From Armatimonadota bacterium (GTDB lineage: Bacteria; Armatimonadota; SYMT01), in assembly GCA_046292385.1 (NCBI GenBank), contig JBKBRF010000004.1:32001-96000 (forward strand): DNA of 64,000 bases, read 5' to 3'. The position numbers and the translations under genes are program-made. Numbering within the stretch: the stretch's first letter is position 1; every line of letters begins with the position of its first letter. Shown in pieces: positions 31,828-42,090 of the stretch. A model generated the notes under the pieces. The model saw only the letters and a program-made list of their open reading frames with translations. It was not told the origin of the DNA and searched no databases.

Positions 31828-34800
31828 CTAGTGGTTCTCCTCCGATCCGGTCTTCAGTTCTGCCACCGTATCGAGGGCAGGGTTCGGATTGCTCAGCGCC
31901 GCGAGGTAGCTGGTCCGGGGCTTGGTGTTCAGCTCCGTCAGAATGCCGTAGTTGAGCACGCTTTCCTTGAGCTGTCGAACCCGGCTGCCTCGGCCGTTGT
32001 TGCTCCGAGTGTCTCCCACGTCGCCGAAGACGATCGCCTGGGTGGGACAGACCTGCTGGCAGGCGGTCAGGATGTCGCCGTCGCGGATGAACCGCTCTTC
32101 CTTTTCTGCCTCGATCCGCGCGTTATTGATGCGCTGGATGCAGAAGGTGCACTTCTCCATCACCCCGCGGGCGCGGACGGTCACGTCCGGGTTGCGCATC
32201 AGCTCGATCGTCGGAATGAACTGCTCCGAGTACTGCAGGAAGTTGAACCGCCTCACCTTGTAGGGGCAGTTGTTCGAGCAGTAGCGGGTCCCGATACAGC
32301 GGTTGTAGGTCATCTCGTTGATGCCTTCCGCGCTGTGGCTCGTCGCTTCCACCGGGCAGACCGGCTCGCACGGCGCGTTCTCGCAATGCATGCACGGCAC
32401 GGGCTGGAACGCGAAGTCCGGTGCATTCAGATCGCCGACGAAGTAGTTGTCGATCCGGATCCAATGCATCTCGCGAGACATCAACACCTGGTCTTTGCCC
32501 ACCGTGGCGATGTTGTTCTCCGCTTGGCAGGCAATGGTGCAGGCGTTGCAGCCGATGCAGGCATTCAGGTCGATCACCATGCCCCAGGCGGGCGGTAGGT
32601 CACCGCCCGTGTAGGAGGGGCCGAACTCCTTCATCGACCACGTGCCAGCCGAGGCCTCGTCCCCCGGCAACTCGGCCGGCTCTCCCGCCGCGTCCCCAGC
32701 ACCGTGGTTCGGATCCGGCACGCCGGCGGTCGGCCCCGCCTCGGTCGCCTCAACCCCCTGGGGAACCTGGTCAGACGGCCACATCGGCGGATAGAGCGAG
32801 GGATGTGTGTGGTGGTCCGGCATGAACGGCGGGCGCTCGGGATGCTCCCGCAGCTCCCGCTGTGTCCCGCCGACTACGAAGTCGCGCCCTTCCATCCGGA
32901 AGTGATGTTGCGCGTTCGCCAGCCGCTCTTCGCCGTCCACGCGGGCAACCTGCGCGCCGGTGAGCACGCCGGGGCTCCCCGAGAGGCGGAGCTGGTAGGC
33001 GTTATAGCCGAGGCCATTGCCGATGCGCCCCGCGCGGGGGCGGCCATAACCGAGGGTCAGAGTGATCGTGTCGTTAGCGTGCCCCGGCGTGATCCAGATC
33101 GGCGCGACCAGCCGGCGGTTCTCATGCACGATCTCGATGAGCCGTCCATTGGCCCGCGCGAGTTCGCTGTAGTCGCCGTCGCCGTCTACCAGGCCCAGTC
33201 TGCGAGCAGTGAGCGGACTGATCTGCGCGGCGTTACCCCAGGTGAGCGAGGTGATCGGCTTCGGCAGCTCCTGGAGCCAGGCATTGTTGGCGTAGGAGCC
33301 GTCCCAGATCATAGGGTCGGGACGGAAGACGATCTCGAGCCCGGTGCCGCCCTCGCTCCCCGCTGCAGCTTCTCCCACAGCGGGCGGGGCTGCCCCCACC
33401 ACCGGTGGTCCGCCGGGCCGGCCGGCGCCCGGAGCGGCGGCGCGTGGGGAGTTGCCGCCGGGCGGGGCGACCGAGATGGGGATCATGCCGCTAACCAGGG
33501 CGCGGTGCCAGAACTGTTCGAACTCGCGATCCTGGCCCCCTGTCGTCACCTGGGCACCCACCGCGGCGCCGGCGGCACGACCGCCTCCATTGAAGCGCCG
33601 CTGCCAGAAGCTGCGGACGATTTCATAGCCGCGCCGCTCCTCGTCCTGCAGCAGCAGGGCCATCAGCTCGATCGGCGACCGACTCGCGTACAGCGGCGTG
33701 ATGAGCGGCTGCAGGATCGTCGGTGTGCCGTCGTAAGCGCGCGCGTCGCCCCATGCTTCCAGCTCGTGGGACTGCGGCAGGTGCCAGTGGCTAAGCACCC
33801 CGGTCTCGTCGTCGAACAGGCCCATGTGGACCCGCGTGGGAACCTTCAGGTAGGTGGCGGGGAAGTCGAGGTCTGCCGGCGCGGTGTAGACCGGATTGCT
33901 GCCGATCACCACCAACGTGTCGACCCGTCCGGCAGCCATGTCGGCCACGAGCTCGGAGAGGGAAGTAGCCGGATCGCCAAAAGCGACCTCGAGCGATGGC
34001 AGGTAGGTAACCGTCGAGTCGACGTTCCCCAGCGCCTGGTTCAGTCGGTGCGCGAGCGCGTGGACTTCCGCCGGGAGGTGTTCGCCCGCCAGGATCAGGC
34101 TGGAGCCGCGGTGGCTGTTCAGGTCCTCGGCGACGGCCCGCACCCAATCGGCGGTCACGCCTTCAGGGAGCGCAGCGCCGGAGGTCACCCCACCCTCGCC
34201 CAGCGCATCCGCAACCGCCTGCGCCACGGCCAGAATTTGGCTCGCCCGCACCGCCACCCGGTGGTCCGCCTTCGCTCCAGTGATGGTGGGGGAGGTTTCG
34301 ACAGCATAGAGCCGGTTCATCTCTCGTACGCCGTCGCGCATCAGCCGACCGCTGATGAACTCGCGGGCGTAGCGGATGCTGCCCGGCTCCTCGTGGAGGA
34401 AGTTGGAGTCCAGCGAGAGCACCCGCTGAGCTCGCTGGAAGTGGTAGACCGGGTGGCGGTCGCCCAGGCCGCGGCGGACATTCTCCGTTCCCACCGGCTC
34501 CCAGGTGTGGATGCGCGCCTGCGGATAGCGGGTTCGGAAGCGGGCGAGTTGCTCCGCCAGCGTCGGCGACGTGAAGCTGCTGATCAGGATACGAAAGCCA
34601 TCGCCGCCTCCAGCGCCCAGCCGTTCAAGCGCCGCGAGCATCGTCGCTTCGAAGCTGTCCCACGTGCCGGCACCGGAGAGCGCGCGCACCGCCTGAGTGC
34701 GGTCCGGATCGTAAAGCGTCAGCAGAGTCGCCTGACCGAATACATCGGTCGAGCCGAGGCTGGCGGGGTGGTCCGGATTGCCTTCCAACTTAGTCGGGCG

Positions 34801-35346
34801 GGCCATGTGCGTCTCGCCCAGCAGGCCAATCGCGTACCCGCCGCGGGTGTAGCCGGTGGCGTAGTAGAGCGGCTTGCCCGGGATGATCTCTTCCGGCTGG
34901 TCGACGTAGGGGATGATCCCCTCCGCCGGCTGGTAACCGCAGCCGGAGAGGCTGGCGGCGCCCGCGAGCGCCAGCGTGGCGCCCATCAGGCGGAAGAACT
35001 CCCGCCGGCTGACCGGCGACATGTCGCGCGGGGCGGCGTGGGGGAACTCCCGCTGCACGTAGTCCTGGAACTCCGGCGTCTCCGCCAGCTCTTCCAGGCT
35101 CTTCCAGTACTGGCGCCCGCGAGTCCCGGACAGCCGCCGGCGGATCTCCGCGTCGTCCAGCGCGGCCGGCTTTCGCCGGAGCCCGTCGAGCGGAATGAAA
35201 TGGGCGGGTGCCGGCGTCTCGCCGTGCCCTCCGCTGTTGTTCTCGCCTCTCATGAATGCTGAGCCCTGTTCTTTTCGGTCGTCCGCGCCGCGTCCACGCG
35301 CCGGGTCCGGTCTCTGGCTGCTGCCGTTGGGGATGGGGTCGACCAT
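31828..35346 (-). CDS. actB: Alternative complex III subunit B (molybdopterin-like + Fe-S domains, Tat-variant)
   Basis: YWKSLEEL, SRREFFRL, KLEGNPDHP; CIGCNACTIAC, CMHCENAPCEPVCP, CIGTRYCSNNCPY, CTFC. Confidence 0.95.
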   Translation of the reverse strand: MVDPIPNGSSQRPDPARGRGADDRKEQGSAFMRGENNSGGHGETPAPAHFIPLDGLRRKPAALDDAEIRRRLSGTRGRQYWKSLEELAETPEFQDYVQREFPHAAPRDMSPVSRREFFRLMGATLALAGAASLSGCGYQPAEGIIPYVDQPEEIIPGKPLYYATGYTRGGYAIGLLGETHMARPTKLEGNPDHPASLGSTDVFGQATLLTLYDPDRTQAVRALSGAGTWDSFEATMLAALERLGAGGGDGFRILISSFTSPTLAEQLARFRTRYPQARIHTWEPVGTENVRRGLGDRHPVYHFQRAQRVLSLDSNFLHEEPGSIRYAREFISGRLMRDGVREMNRLYAVETSPTITGAKADHRVAVRASQILAVAQAVADALGEGGVTSGAALPEGVTADWVRAVAEDLNSHRGSSLILAGEHLPAEVHALAHRLNQALGNVDSTVTYLPSLEVAFGDPATSLSELVADMAAGRVDTLVVIGSNPVYTAPADLDFPATYLKVPTRVHMGLFDDETGVLSHWHLPQSHELEAWGDARAYDGTPTILQPLITPLYASRSPIELMALLLQDEERRGYEIVRSFWQRRFNGGGRAAGAAVGAQVTTGGQDREFEQFWHRALVSGMIPISVAPPGGNSPRAAAPGAGRPGGPPVVGAAPPAVGEAAAGSEGGTGLEIVFRPDPMIWDGSYANNAWLQELPKPITSLTWGNAAQISPLTARRLGLVDGDGDYSELARANGRLIEIVHENRRLVAPIWITPGHANDTITLTLGYGRPRAGRIGNGLGYNAYQLRLSGSPGVLTGAQVARVDGEERLANAQHHFRMEGRDFVVGGTQRELREHPERPPFMPDHHTHPSLYPPMWPSDQVPQGVEATEAGPTAGVPDPNHGAGDAAGEPAELPGDEASAGTWSMKEFGPSYTGGDLPPAWGMVIDLNACIGCNACTIACQAENNIATVGKDQVLMSREMHWIRIDNYFVGDLNAPDFAFQPVPCMHCENAPCEPVCPVEATSHSAEGINEMTYNRCIGTRYCSNNCPYKVRRFNFLQYSEQFIPTIELMRNPDVTVRARGVMEKCTFCIQRINNARIEAEKEERFIRDGDILTACQQVCPTQAIVFGDVGDTRSNNGRGSRVRQLKESVLNYGILTELNTKPRTSYLAALSNPNPALDTVAELKTGSEENH

Positions 35347-35369
35347 CGTCGGATCTCTCTACGCGGGCG

Positions 35370-36029
35370 CTAGCGGTGACACGTGGAGCAGTTGGTGAGC
35401 TGGAACGTGCCGAGGACGTGGTACTCGTCCATCAGCCGCTTGCCCATCGTCTGCTGGTCCTCTTTTTTCGGCTTCCAGTCGAGCTGGTAGACAAACTCCC
35501 GGGGGCGGAGCGCCTTGGCCGGATTGCGATGGCAGTCGAGGCACCACTTCATCGTGAGGTCCTGTTCTTTCATCGCCAGCGGCTGCCGGTCGACCCGGCC
35601 GTGGCAGGAGACGCAGGAGACGCCCTTCTTCACGTGGATGCTGTGGTCGAAGTAGGCGAAGTCCGGCAGGTCATGCACCCGCACCCACTTGATCGGCTTG
35701 CCCGTGCGGAAGCTCTCCCGCACCAGCTCCAGCTCCGGGCTGTCGCTCCAGAGCTGCGAGTGGCAGGTCATACAGGTGTGCGTGGAGGGCATCCCGGCGG
35801 AAGGCCCCTTGTCGACCGTGGTGTGGCAGTAGCGGCAGTCGATGCCGTCGTCGCCCACGTGGTGGAGATGGCTGAACTCGACCGGCTGCTCCTTCGGCAC
35901 GCCCACTTCCGTGGCGTAGCTCATGTTGGTGAAGTAGCCGACCACGCCCAGGACGGGGACGCCCAGGGCCATACCTACAATACTGAGGCGCGAGATGACG
36001 TTAGTGCTTGGATGGAAGATTTGCGCCAT
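35370..36029 (-). CDS. actA: Alternative complex III pentaheme cytochrome c
   Basis: MAQIF start; QPVEFSH; five CxxCH motifs (CRYCH, CMTCH, CVSCH, CLDCH, CSTCH). Confidence 0.95.
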   Translation of the reverse strand: MAQIFHPSTNVISRLSIVGMALGVPVLGVVGYFTNMSYATEVGVPKEQPVEFSHLHHVGDDGIDCRYCHTTVDKGPSAGMPSTHTCMTCHSQLWSDSPELELVRESFRTGKPIKWVRVHDLPDFAYFDHSIHVKKGVSCVSCHGRVDRQPLAMKEQDLTMKWCLDCHRNPAKALRPREFVYQLDWKPKKEDQQTMGKRLMDEYHVLGTFQLTNCSTCHR

Positions 36030-36075
36030 CAACCTGCCCTTTCGGCACGGGAGAAACCGGCTTCGCGCTGGTGGT

Positions 36076-37932
36076 TCAAATCAGTGTCGCCCGGTCTACC
36101 GCCATCGCCACGAAGAGCAGCGCCAGGTAGACCATAGAGTACTTGAAGAGGGATCGCGCCCGGTCTCGATCCGGGGAGCGGTAGAGCCGGAAGCTCTGCT
36201 GCAGCAGCACCCCGTTCAACAGCACGGCAATCCCCAGGTAGAGCCAGCCCACGGAAGCGCGGCCCGCATGTCCGGGCAGAACCATCGGGAGGATCGAGAT
36301 AGCCACGGTGAGCAGGGCATACCAGCCGATCTGCACCACCGTGGCGCGGTCTCCGCGGACCACGGGCAGCATCGGCACGCCGGCGCGGGCGTAATCGTCT
36401 TTGATGATCAGCGCCAGCGCCCAGAAGTGGACCGGAGTCCAGAGGAAGATGATTCCGAAGAGGCACCACGCCAGCGGGCTCAGCTCGCCGGAGATGGCGG
36501 CCCAGCCGACCAGCGGCGGGAACGCGCCGGCGGCCCCTCCGATCACGATGTTGTACCAGGTCCGCCGCTTGAGGAGCAGCGTGTAGACCACTACGTAGAA
36601 CGCCAGTCCCGCCAGCGCCAGCACCGCGGTGAGCAGGTTGGCCACCAGCCAGAGCAGGGCGAACGAGCCGACCGCGAGCAGCATGGCGAACTGCAGCGCG
36701 CTGCGCGCGGGGACTGCCTCGGTGACGGTGGGCCGGGTGGCGGTGCGTCCCATGCGGAGGTCGAGGTCCCGCTCCAGCACCATGTTGATCGCGTTCGCCG
36801 CACCGGCCGCCATGTAAAGGCCCGCCGCGACGGCGAGGCAGAGGCCGAAGGTCGGCGTCACCGCCGTCTCCTCGCCCGCGGCGATGAACATCGCGGCGAC
36901 GGTGGTGAGGAGCAGCAGGCTGATCACGCGGGGCTTGGTGAGCGCCAGGTAGTCGCGCCAGCCCGCCTTCTTCATCTCGGGGATTGGCACGCCCGCGGAA
37001 TCGGTCGCCCAGGCGCGGCTCAGCTCCACGCGCTCCACGCCTTCGCCGAGCGCGCCGGCCGACATCAGCACCAGCGCCACCCAGAAGCCGTCCGCCAGCA
37101 GCAGGTGGACGAGCTGCATCCAGACCGGGGCCTTCAGCGCGTAGTTCATCAGCCCGGCGACGAGCTGCGTGGCGTAGAGCAGCACCGCGAGCCGCGCCAT
37201 CTGCTGGACGCGCGGGTCCGGCCGCAGGTGCATCGCCAGCGCGGCGACCAGCACCAGGTAGAGGCCCACGGAGATGGCGAAGAGCGGGTGGTAGATCCGC
37301 AGTGAGACCAGGAAGTGTGCGGAAGGGCTGAACGCATCCGCGTGAGAGGCGTCCGGGAAGACGGTATCGCCGAGCGCGGTGATCGCCCCGCTGATCCCCA
37401 GCAGCAGCGCCACCAGCAGCCCGAAGCCGAGCGCCCACGCCATCGCCCCCTGGCCCTTGAGCCGCATATGGGGAGCGCCGCTCGCCCACCAGGCGGTCAC
37501 GGCGTTGCACATCAGCAGGAAGAAGGTGGTGACCAGGTGCGCGGGCATCACGATGGCGCGCGCCACGGAGACGTCCTTCGCCACCCAGCCGAACAGCACC
37601 AGCCCGGCGCCGATCAGCGCCTCCACGATGGTGAGGAGCAGCACGCCGACCGCTCCGGCGCGCACCGGGTGCTGCTTGGGAAAGGCGCGGAACGCCCACA
37701 CGACCATCGCGATCACGAGCGGCAGCAGCACGCCCGTAGACATGCGGTGCGCAAACTCGATCGCCCTCTTGGCCTGGCCGAGGTCCGGAAGGAGCTGGCC
37801 GTCGCACTGCGGCCAGTGATTGCCGCAGCCGTCGCCACTGAGCGTAGCGCGCACGAACGCGCCGCCCAAGATCACGGCTACGTTGTAGGCCAGGAGTCCC
37901 CAGGTGAATTGATGAAACTGCACTCTCGCCAT
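36076..37932 (-). CDS. ctaB: Fused heme A synthase (CtaA) + heme O synthase (CtaB)
   Basis: N-half GDGCGNHWPQCDG, EFAHR and conserved His residues; C-half LTKPRVISL, DLDLRMGRTATRP, NIVIGGAAGAFPPLVGW, WTPVHFWAL. Start 37932 or 37980. Confidence 0.92.
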   Translation of the reverse strand: MARVQFHQFTWGLLAYNVAVILGGAFVRATLSGDGCGNHWPQCDGQLLPDLGQAKRAIEFAHRMSTGVLLPLVIAMVVWAFRAFPKQHPVRAGAVGVLLLTIVEALIGAGLVLFGWVAKDVSVARAIVMPAHLVTTFFLLMCNAVTAWWASGAPHMRLKGQGAMAWALGFGLLVALLLGISGAITALGDTVFPDASHADAFSPSAHFLVSLRIYHPLFAISVGLYLVLVAALAMHLRPDPRVQQMARLAVLLYATQLVAGLMNYALKAPVWMQLVHLLLADGFWVALVLMSAGALGEGVERVELSRAWATDSAGVPIPEMKKAGWRDYLALTKPRVISLLLLTTVAAMFIAAGEETAVTPTFGLCLAVAAGLYMAAGAANAINMVLERDLDLRMGRTATRPTVTEAVPARSALQFAMLLAVGSFALLWLVANLLTAVLALAGLAFYVVVYTLLLKRRTWYNIVIGGAAGAFPPLVGWAAISGELSPLAWCLFGIIFLWTPVHFWALALIIKDDYARAGVPMLPVVRGDRATVVQIGWYALLTVAISILPMVLPGHAGRASVGWLYLGIAVLLNGVLLQQSFRLYRSPDRDRARSLFKYSMVYLALLFVAMAVDRATLI

Positions 37933-38200
37933 CGCTGGAGGGGAAGGACCCGAGGGAGACGCAAGGAGGCCGTCAGGCACGCGGCACAGGGGCTTCGGCG
38001 TCTCGGCAGAGGGCCAGAAGGACGAACCCAGTTTATCACCGCCCCGCTGAATACCCCCGATAATATGTTCTTTCCAATTCAGAAGAGCCGGTTATGAAAC
38101 ACCGGATTGCGTCTCCCTCGCCGCACCTGTGTATCATTGGGCGCCGTTGAGCGGCTGGACCAGGCGGCTCTCCGGAATCATCCCGCCCCTCGTGAGCGTG

Positions 38201-38394
38201 GCTCCTGCTCCTGCTCCCTGCTCTTGCTCCTGCTCGCTGGCGACCGTGGGCTCCGGCACGGCTTCGTAAGCACCTCCGGGTCGCTGGGTGGAGCCGGGAC
38301 CCTAGGCCGAGAGCCGGTGCGGCCTGACGGAGGCATGCTCCAACTCGCGGGTCGCCAGAGAGCAGGAGTAGGAGCAGGAGCAAGAGTAGGAAGC
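38201..38394. repeat. Inverted-repeat element with hexamer (GCTCCT/AGGAGC) arms
   Basis: 38201-38245 GCTCCTGCTCCTG...TGCTCGCTGGCGACC versus 38350-38394 GGTCGCCAGAGAGCAGGAGTAGGAGCAGGAGC... Confidence 0.75.
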
Positions 38395-38479
38395 TGCCGT
38401 GCGGGGAGGTGGGGAGGTCCGCTGCGGGCCTGACGGCGTATCTCTACCGGGACCGCGACGCGCGGCCTTCGGAGCAGTT

Positions 38480-39238
38480 ATGGCGAACATCATCGAGGTC
38501 CGGGACCTCGTGAAACAGTACGGGGACGTGACCGCCGTCGATGGGGTCTCGTTCGAGGTGCGAGAGGGGGAGATCTTCGGGCTCCTCGGTCCCAACGGAG
38601 CGGGGAAGACGACGACGCTGGAGGTAGTGGAGACGCTGAAGCCGGCGACCTCCGGCTCGGTGCGCGTGGACGGGTGCGACGCTCGCACGCAGCCGGAGCG
38701 GATCCGGGAGCGGATCGGAATCCAGCTCCAGGCGGCCGGCTTCTACCCGTACCTCACCCTCAGCGAGCTCCTGGAGATGTTCGGGGTGATGTACGGCGTG
38801 CCGGTGCAGCCGAAGGAGCTGCTGAAGCGGTTCGACCTCTCCGACAAGGAGGGCGTCCCGTTCAAGAAGCTCTCCGGCGGGCAGCAGCAGCGGTTCTCCC
38901 TCGCCACCACCCTGGTGAACCGGCCGAGGGTCGTCTTTCTCGACGAGCCGACCACCGGCCTCGATCCCCAGGCCCGCCTGAACCTGTGGGAGGTGATCCG
39001 CTCCGTTCGGGAGCAGGGAGTAACCGTGGTGCTGACCACGCATTACATGGAAGAGGCGGAGCAGCTCTGCGACCGGCTGGCGGTGATGGACCGCGGCCGG
39101 ATCATCGCCGAAGGCACTCCCGCCGGGCTGATTCAGGAGCTGCTCGCCACCGGCTTCCGCCGCCCCGTGGAGGTGCGCGAGGCGACGCTGGAGGACGTCT
39201 TCCTCCACCTCACCGGAAGGCAGCTCCGCGATGCATAA
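38480..39238 (+). CDS. ABC-2 transporter ATP-binding protein
   Basis: [39 protein letters not shown] preceded by GGAG. Confidence 0.95.
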   Translation: MANIIEVRDLVKQYGDVTAVDGVSFEVREGEIFGLLGPNGAGKTTTLEVVETLKPATSGSVRVDGCDARTQPERIRERIGIQLQAAGFYPYLTLSELLEMFGVMYGVPVQPKELLKRFDLSDKEGVPFKKLSGGQQQRFSLATTLVNRPRVVFLDEPTTGLDPQARLNLWEVIRSVREQGVTVVLTTHYMEEAEQLCDRLAVMDRGRIIAEGTPAGLIQELLATGFRRPVEVREATLEDVFLHLTGRQLRDA

Positions 39239-40316
39239 GTCCGCGCCCAGCCAGCTCCGGATCGGCCTGGGGCTGACCCGCTTCGCCATCCGGGCCACGC
39301 TCCGGAACAAGACCGGCTACTTCTTCAGCCTCGTCTTCCCGCTCGTCTTCGTCCTCGTCTTCGGTCTCCTCAGCGACACGCGCTCGGTCCTGAAGATCGG
39401 CGTCTCGGACCGCCTGCCGGAAGGGCACCCGGTGGTCGCCGCGCTTCAGGCTGACCCTTCCGTCTCCGAGGGGGAGGTGGCGCTGCAGCGCTCCGCGGAC
39501 GCGGTGCTGGAGAAACAGCTCCGGGAGGGCAAGATCGCCGCCCTGCTGGTTCCCGCGGCGGAAGACAGCGCGAGCATCGGCGTGACCACCTCCCAGAACG
39601 CGGGTCAGCAGGCGCTGACCGCCGGCGCGCTGGTGCAGGTGGCCGCCGACCGGGCTCGCCGCGGAGCCGACGCCGAGCGCGTGGAGCGGCGGCAGCTTCC
39701 GGGCCGGCAGTACCGGCACATCGACTACGTCCTCCCGGGGCAGATCGGCTTCTCCATCCTGGCGCTGGCGACCTTCGGCATCGGCTACAACCTGCTCACG
39801 CTGCGGAAGACGCTGGTGCTGAAGCGGATGTTCGCCACCTCGGCCCGTCCCCTCACTTTCCTGGTGGCGCAGGGTCTGAGCCGCACGCTGCAAGGGGTGC
39901 TGCAGACGGCGATCCTGATCGCCGTCGGCGCCGGCCTCTTCCACGCCACCCTGGCGCACGGCTGGACGACCGCCGCCACGATGACGCTGCTCTCCGCCGT
40001 GGGGCTGTTGTCGTTCCTCGGCTTTGGGATCGTCGGCGCCAACCTCTCGGACGACGAGCACGTCGTCTCGATGGCGCTCAACCTCTTCCACCTGCCGCAG
40101 GTGCTGGTCGCCGGCGTCTTCTTCCCCAGCGACGCCCTCCCCGGCTGGGTGCAGGCGGTGGGGAACCACCTGCCGCTTGCCTACCTGAACACGTCGCTCC
40201 GGATGGCGGCGCTGGACGGCGCGGGCCTGGCGCAGGTGGCGCCGTACCTGGCAGGCCTCGGCGCCTGGGCGGTGCTGGCCTACTGGATGGCGGCGCGCAC
40301 CTTCCGCGCGGAGTAG
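39231..40316 (+). CDS. ABC-2 transporter permease
   Basis: FFSLVFPLVF, YIDYVLPG-like segment, GVFFP...LPGW. Confidence 0.92.
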   Translation: MHKSAPSQLRIGLGLTRFAIRATLRNKTGYFFSLVFPLVFVLVFGLLSDTRSVLKIGVSDRLPEGHPVVAALQADPSVSEGEVALQRSADAVLEKQLREGKIAALLVPAAEDSASIGVTTSQNAGQQALTAGALVQVAADRARRGADAERVERRQLPGRQYRHIDYVLPGQIGFSILALATFGIGYNLLTLRKTLVLKRMFATSARPLTFLVAQGLSRTLQGVLQTAILIAVGAGLFHATLAHGWTTAATMTLLSAVGLLSFLGFGIVGANLSDDEHVVSMALNLFHLPQVLVAGVFFPSDALPGWVQAVGNHLPLAYLNTSLRMAALDGAGLAQVAPYLAGLGAWAVLAYWMAARTFRAE

Positions 40317-40408
40317 AGTCGGGCTTTCACGACAGCGAGAGCCCGGCCGCAGCGGAGAGAGCGGGAGCGCCGGCCACCTGGGAACGCCGCGGGCCGGGTC
40401 CGCCGCTC

Positions 40409-40444
40409 ACCAGAGCGCCAGCGCCACGCCGCCCCAGCTCCAGC
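40409..40444. repeat. Direct repeat copy A (3' end of C39 gene)
   Basis: 36 bp, 1 mismatch to 45430-45465. Confidence 0.9.
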
Positions 40445-40641
40445 GCCACTGGTCCGGGGTGCACTCCCGCACCCCCGGCTTCCCGAGGCCGTGCGCGGAG
40501 GGGTCCCACACCCGCACCCACTGCGAGCTGATGTCCTCCACCAGCACCAGGTGCCCCGGCGAGACGAGCGCCACCACGTAGGGAAGGTCGGAGTGCGGAG
40601 TCCGAACCCGGGGAACGAGCCTGGCCGCTACGATTCTGGCT

Positions 40642-40669
40642 AGACCCTGTACCCTGGACCCTAGACCCT
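40642..40669 (-). repeat. Four imperfect heptamers (AGGGTCT/AGGGTCC/AGGGTAC/AGGGTCT) inside the C39 gene
   Basis: Read directly; same family as 51094-51212. Confidence 0.85.
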
Positions 40670-41730
40670 TCCAAATCGCCGCGGCCCTGCATCACGGCGA
40701 CCAGCCCGTCCCACGAGAGCTGCAGCCCCTTCGCCTGCAGCCCGTGCCGGCGCGCGCCTGCCGCCAGCGACTTCAGCGTCGTCCCCAGGTGCGTGGTCCC
40801 GAGCTCCTTCGCCAGTTCCTCGACCGTCGGTACGGCCGCGCTCTCCCCGGACCGGCGGCGCAGCAGCTCCGCGAGCACCTCCGGCGCGCAGAGGCTGCGC
40901 TCGCGCTCGCGCGCCTGTTCCCGCGCCTGGGCGGTGCGGGTCGCCTGCTGGTAGGCGGTCTCGACTTCCTTCGGGACGTGGTCGCCGTGCAGCTTCACGA
41001 GCCGGCGGGCGGCGGCGTGGACCAGCGGGCTCTCCGGGAAGTCGCGCAGGAACTGCATGAACTCCGCCCTGGCAGCGTCCTTCTCCCCCAGCGCGGCGGT
41101 CAGGACCGCGTGCTGGTACGCGGCGTCTTCTTCGAGCGTCGGCTCGGTGCTGCGCTCGTTCGGCTGAGCTTGGCCGGCGGAAGGCGACTTCTCGGCGGGT
41201 TGTAGCGTCCAGGGCTGGGATTTGGCTTCCAAGCAGAGCTTGGCAAACTCCTGGCGGGCTTCCCGAAAGTTCTGGCGGCGTGCGGCGGAAAATGCGGACA
41301 CCCAGCGTGCCTGCGCACGCTCTTGCGGGGACGCTTCCGCTCGGCTCAGCAGTGTTTTGGACTCTGCTTCAGCTTCGTCGTACTGGCCGGCGAAATAGGA
41401 TGAAACCGGCTTTGCTGCTTCAACGGTTGCTTGGGTGGCGGCGCCCTGACTAGCCATATGCCGCTGACTGATCGCTCTGTCCAGACCTGACGCCGTGAGA
41501 CGTGTTCGGGTGAAGTTTGATGCTGACTGCCGAGCAAGCCAAGCTCCGCCAATGATTCCTATCGCAAGCAGCGTTGGCAGCAGAAACTTTGATCCAGGAA
41601 AGAAACTTCGCTTTCTAGGCGGTGAATCCTGCTCGTCCATCGCTTGCTCCCACACCTGGCTCTAAGTTAACAACACGCTCTAGAGAATCGTCCATGGACC
41701 AGACGCCCAATCAAAAACACCGATTATCAG

Positions 41731-42075
41731 CTACTCTTGCACTCTATGAGTGTCCATGACGTCTTTCAGAGCCTCTGGGCTGTCCAGCAATTCAAGACTG
41801 ATTTGCGCCATATGCCTTCCGTAGGGCGGGAGATAGACCTGTAGTTGCTCGATAAGATCGCGCGTCAGATCAATTCCGAGATGATTTGCATGTAGCGCTA
41901 TTCCGAGGGGCAGCTTCCCACAGCTAGGGCTACTGAAGACCGCAGTTGCTAGAGATGGGTGTTGAAGTAAACGTCTAGTGAGACACACCGCCTCATCGAT
42001 GCGACCTCTCTGTAGCAGATCCCATCGTAAGTGATCGGCAAGCGTGTTGATACATAATGCTTCGAGATCCGTCAT
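41731..42075 (-). CDS. Putative immunity protein for Rhs-CT2
   Basis: Small lower-GC ORF directly downstream of the Rhs toxin tip; function inferred from position. Confidence 0.6.
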   Translation of the reverse strand: MTDLEALCINTLADHLRWDLLQRGRIDEAVCLTRRLLQHPSLATAVFSSPSCGKLPLGIALHANHLGIDLTRDLIEQLQVYLPPYGRHMAQISLELLDSPEALKDVMDTHRVQE

Positions 42076-42090
42076 GGTGGAATAACCGTG

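Larger units (their letters stand above)
40407..41640 (-). pseudogene. TM-TPR + C39-like cysteine peptidase gene with a +1 frameshift
   Basis: First frame: TM, TPR (FLRDFPESPLVHAA), SLCAPEVLAELL, GTTLKSLAAGARRHGLQAKG. Second frame from about 40590: YVVALVSPGHLVLVE...VRVWDPS...WSWGGVALALW* (stop 40407-40409). Span 1234 nt = 3n+1. Confidence 0.8.

Noticed and set aside
31828..35346. Catalytic molybdoenzyme
   Set aside because: Context and motifs identify ActB, whose molybdopterin-like domain is established to lack the cofactor.
40327..40590. Gly/Ala-rich C-terminus of the 442-aa ORF
   Set aside because: Out-of-frame read-through; the true C39 C-terminus is in the +1 frame.
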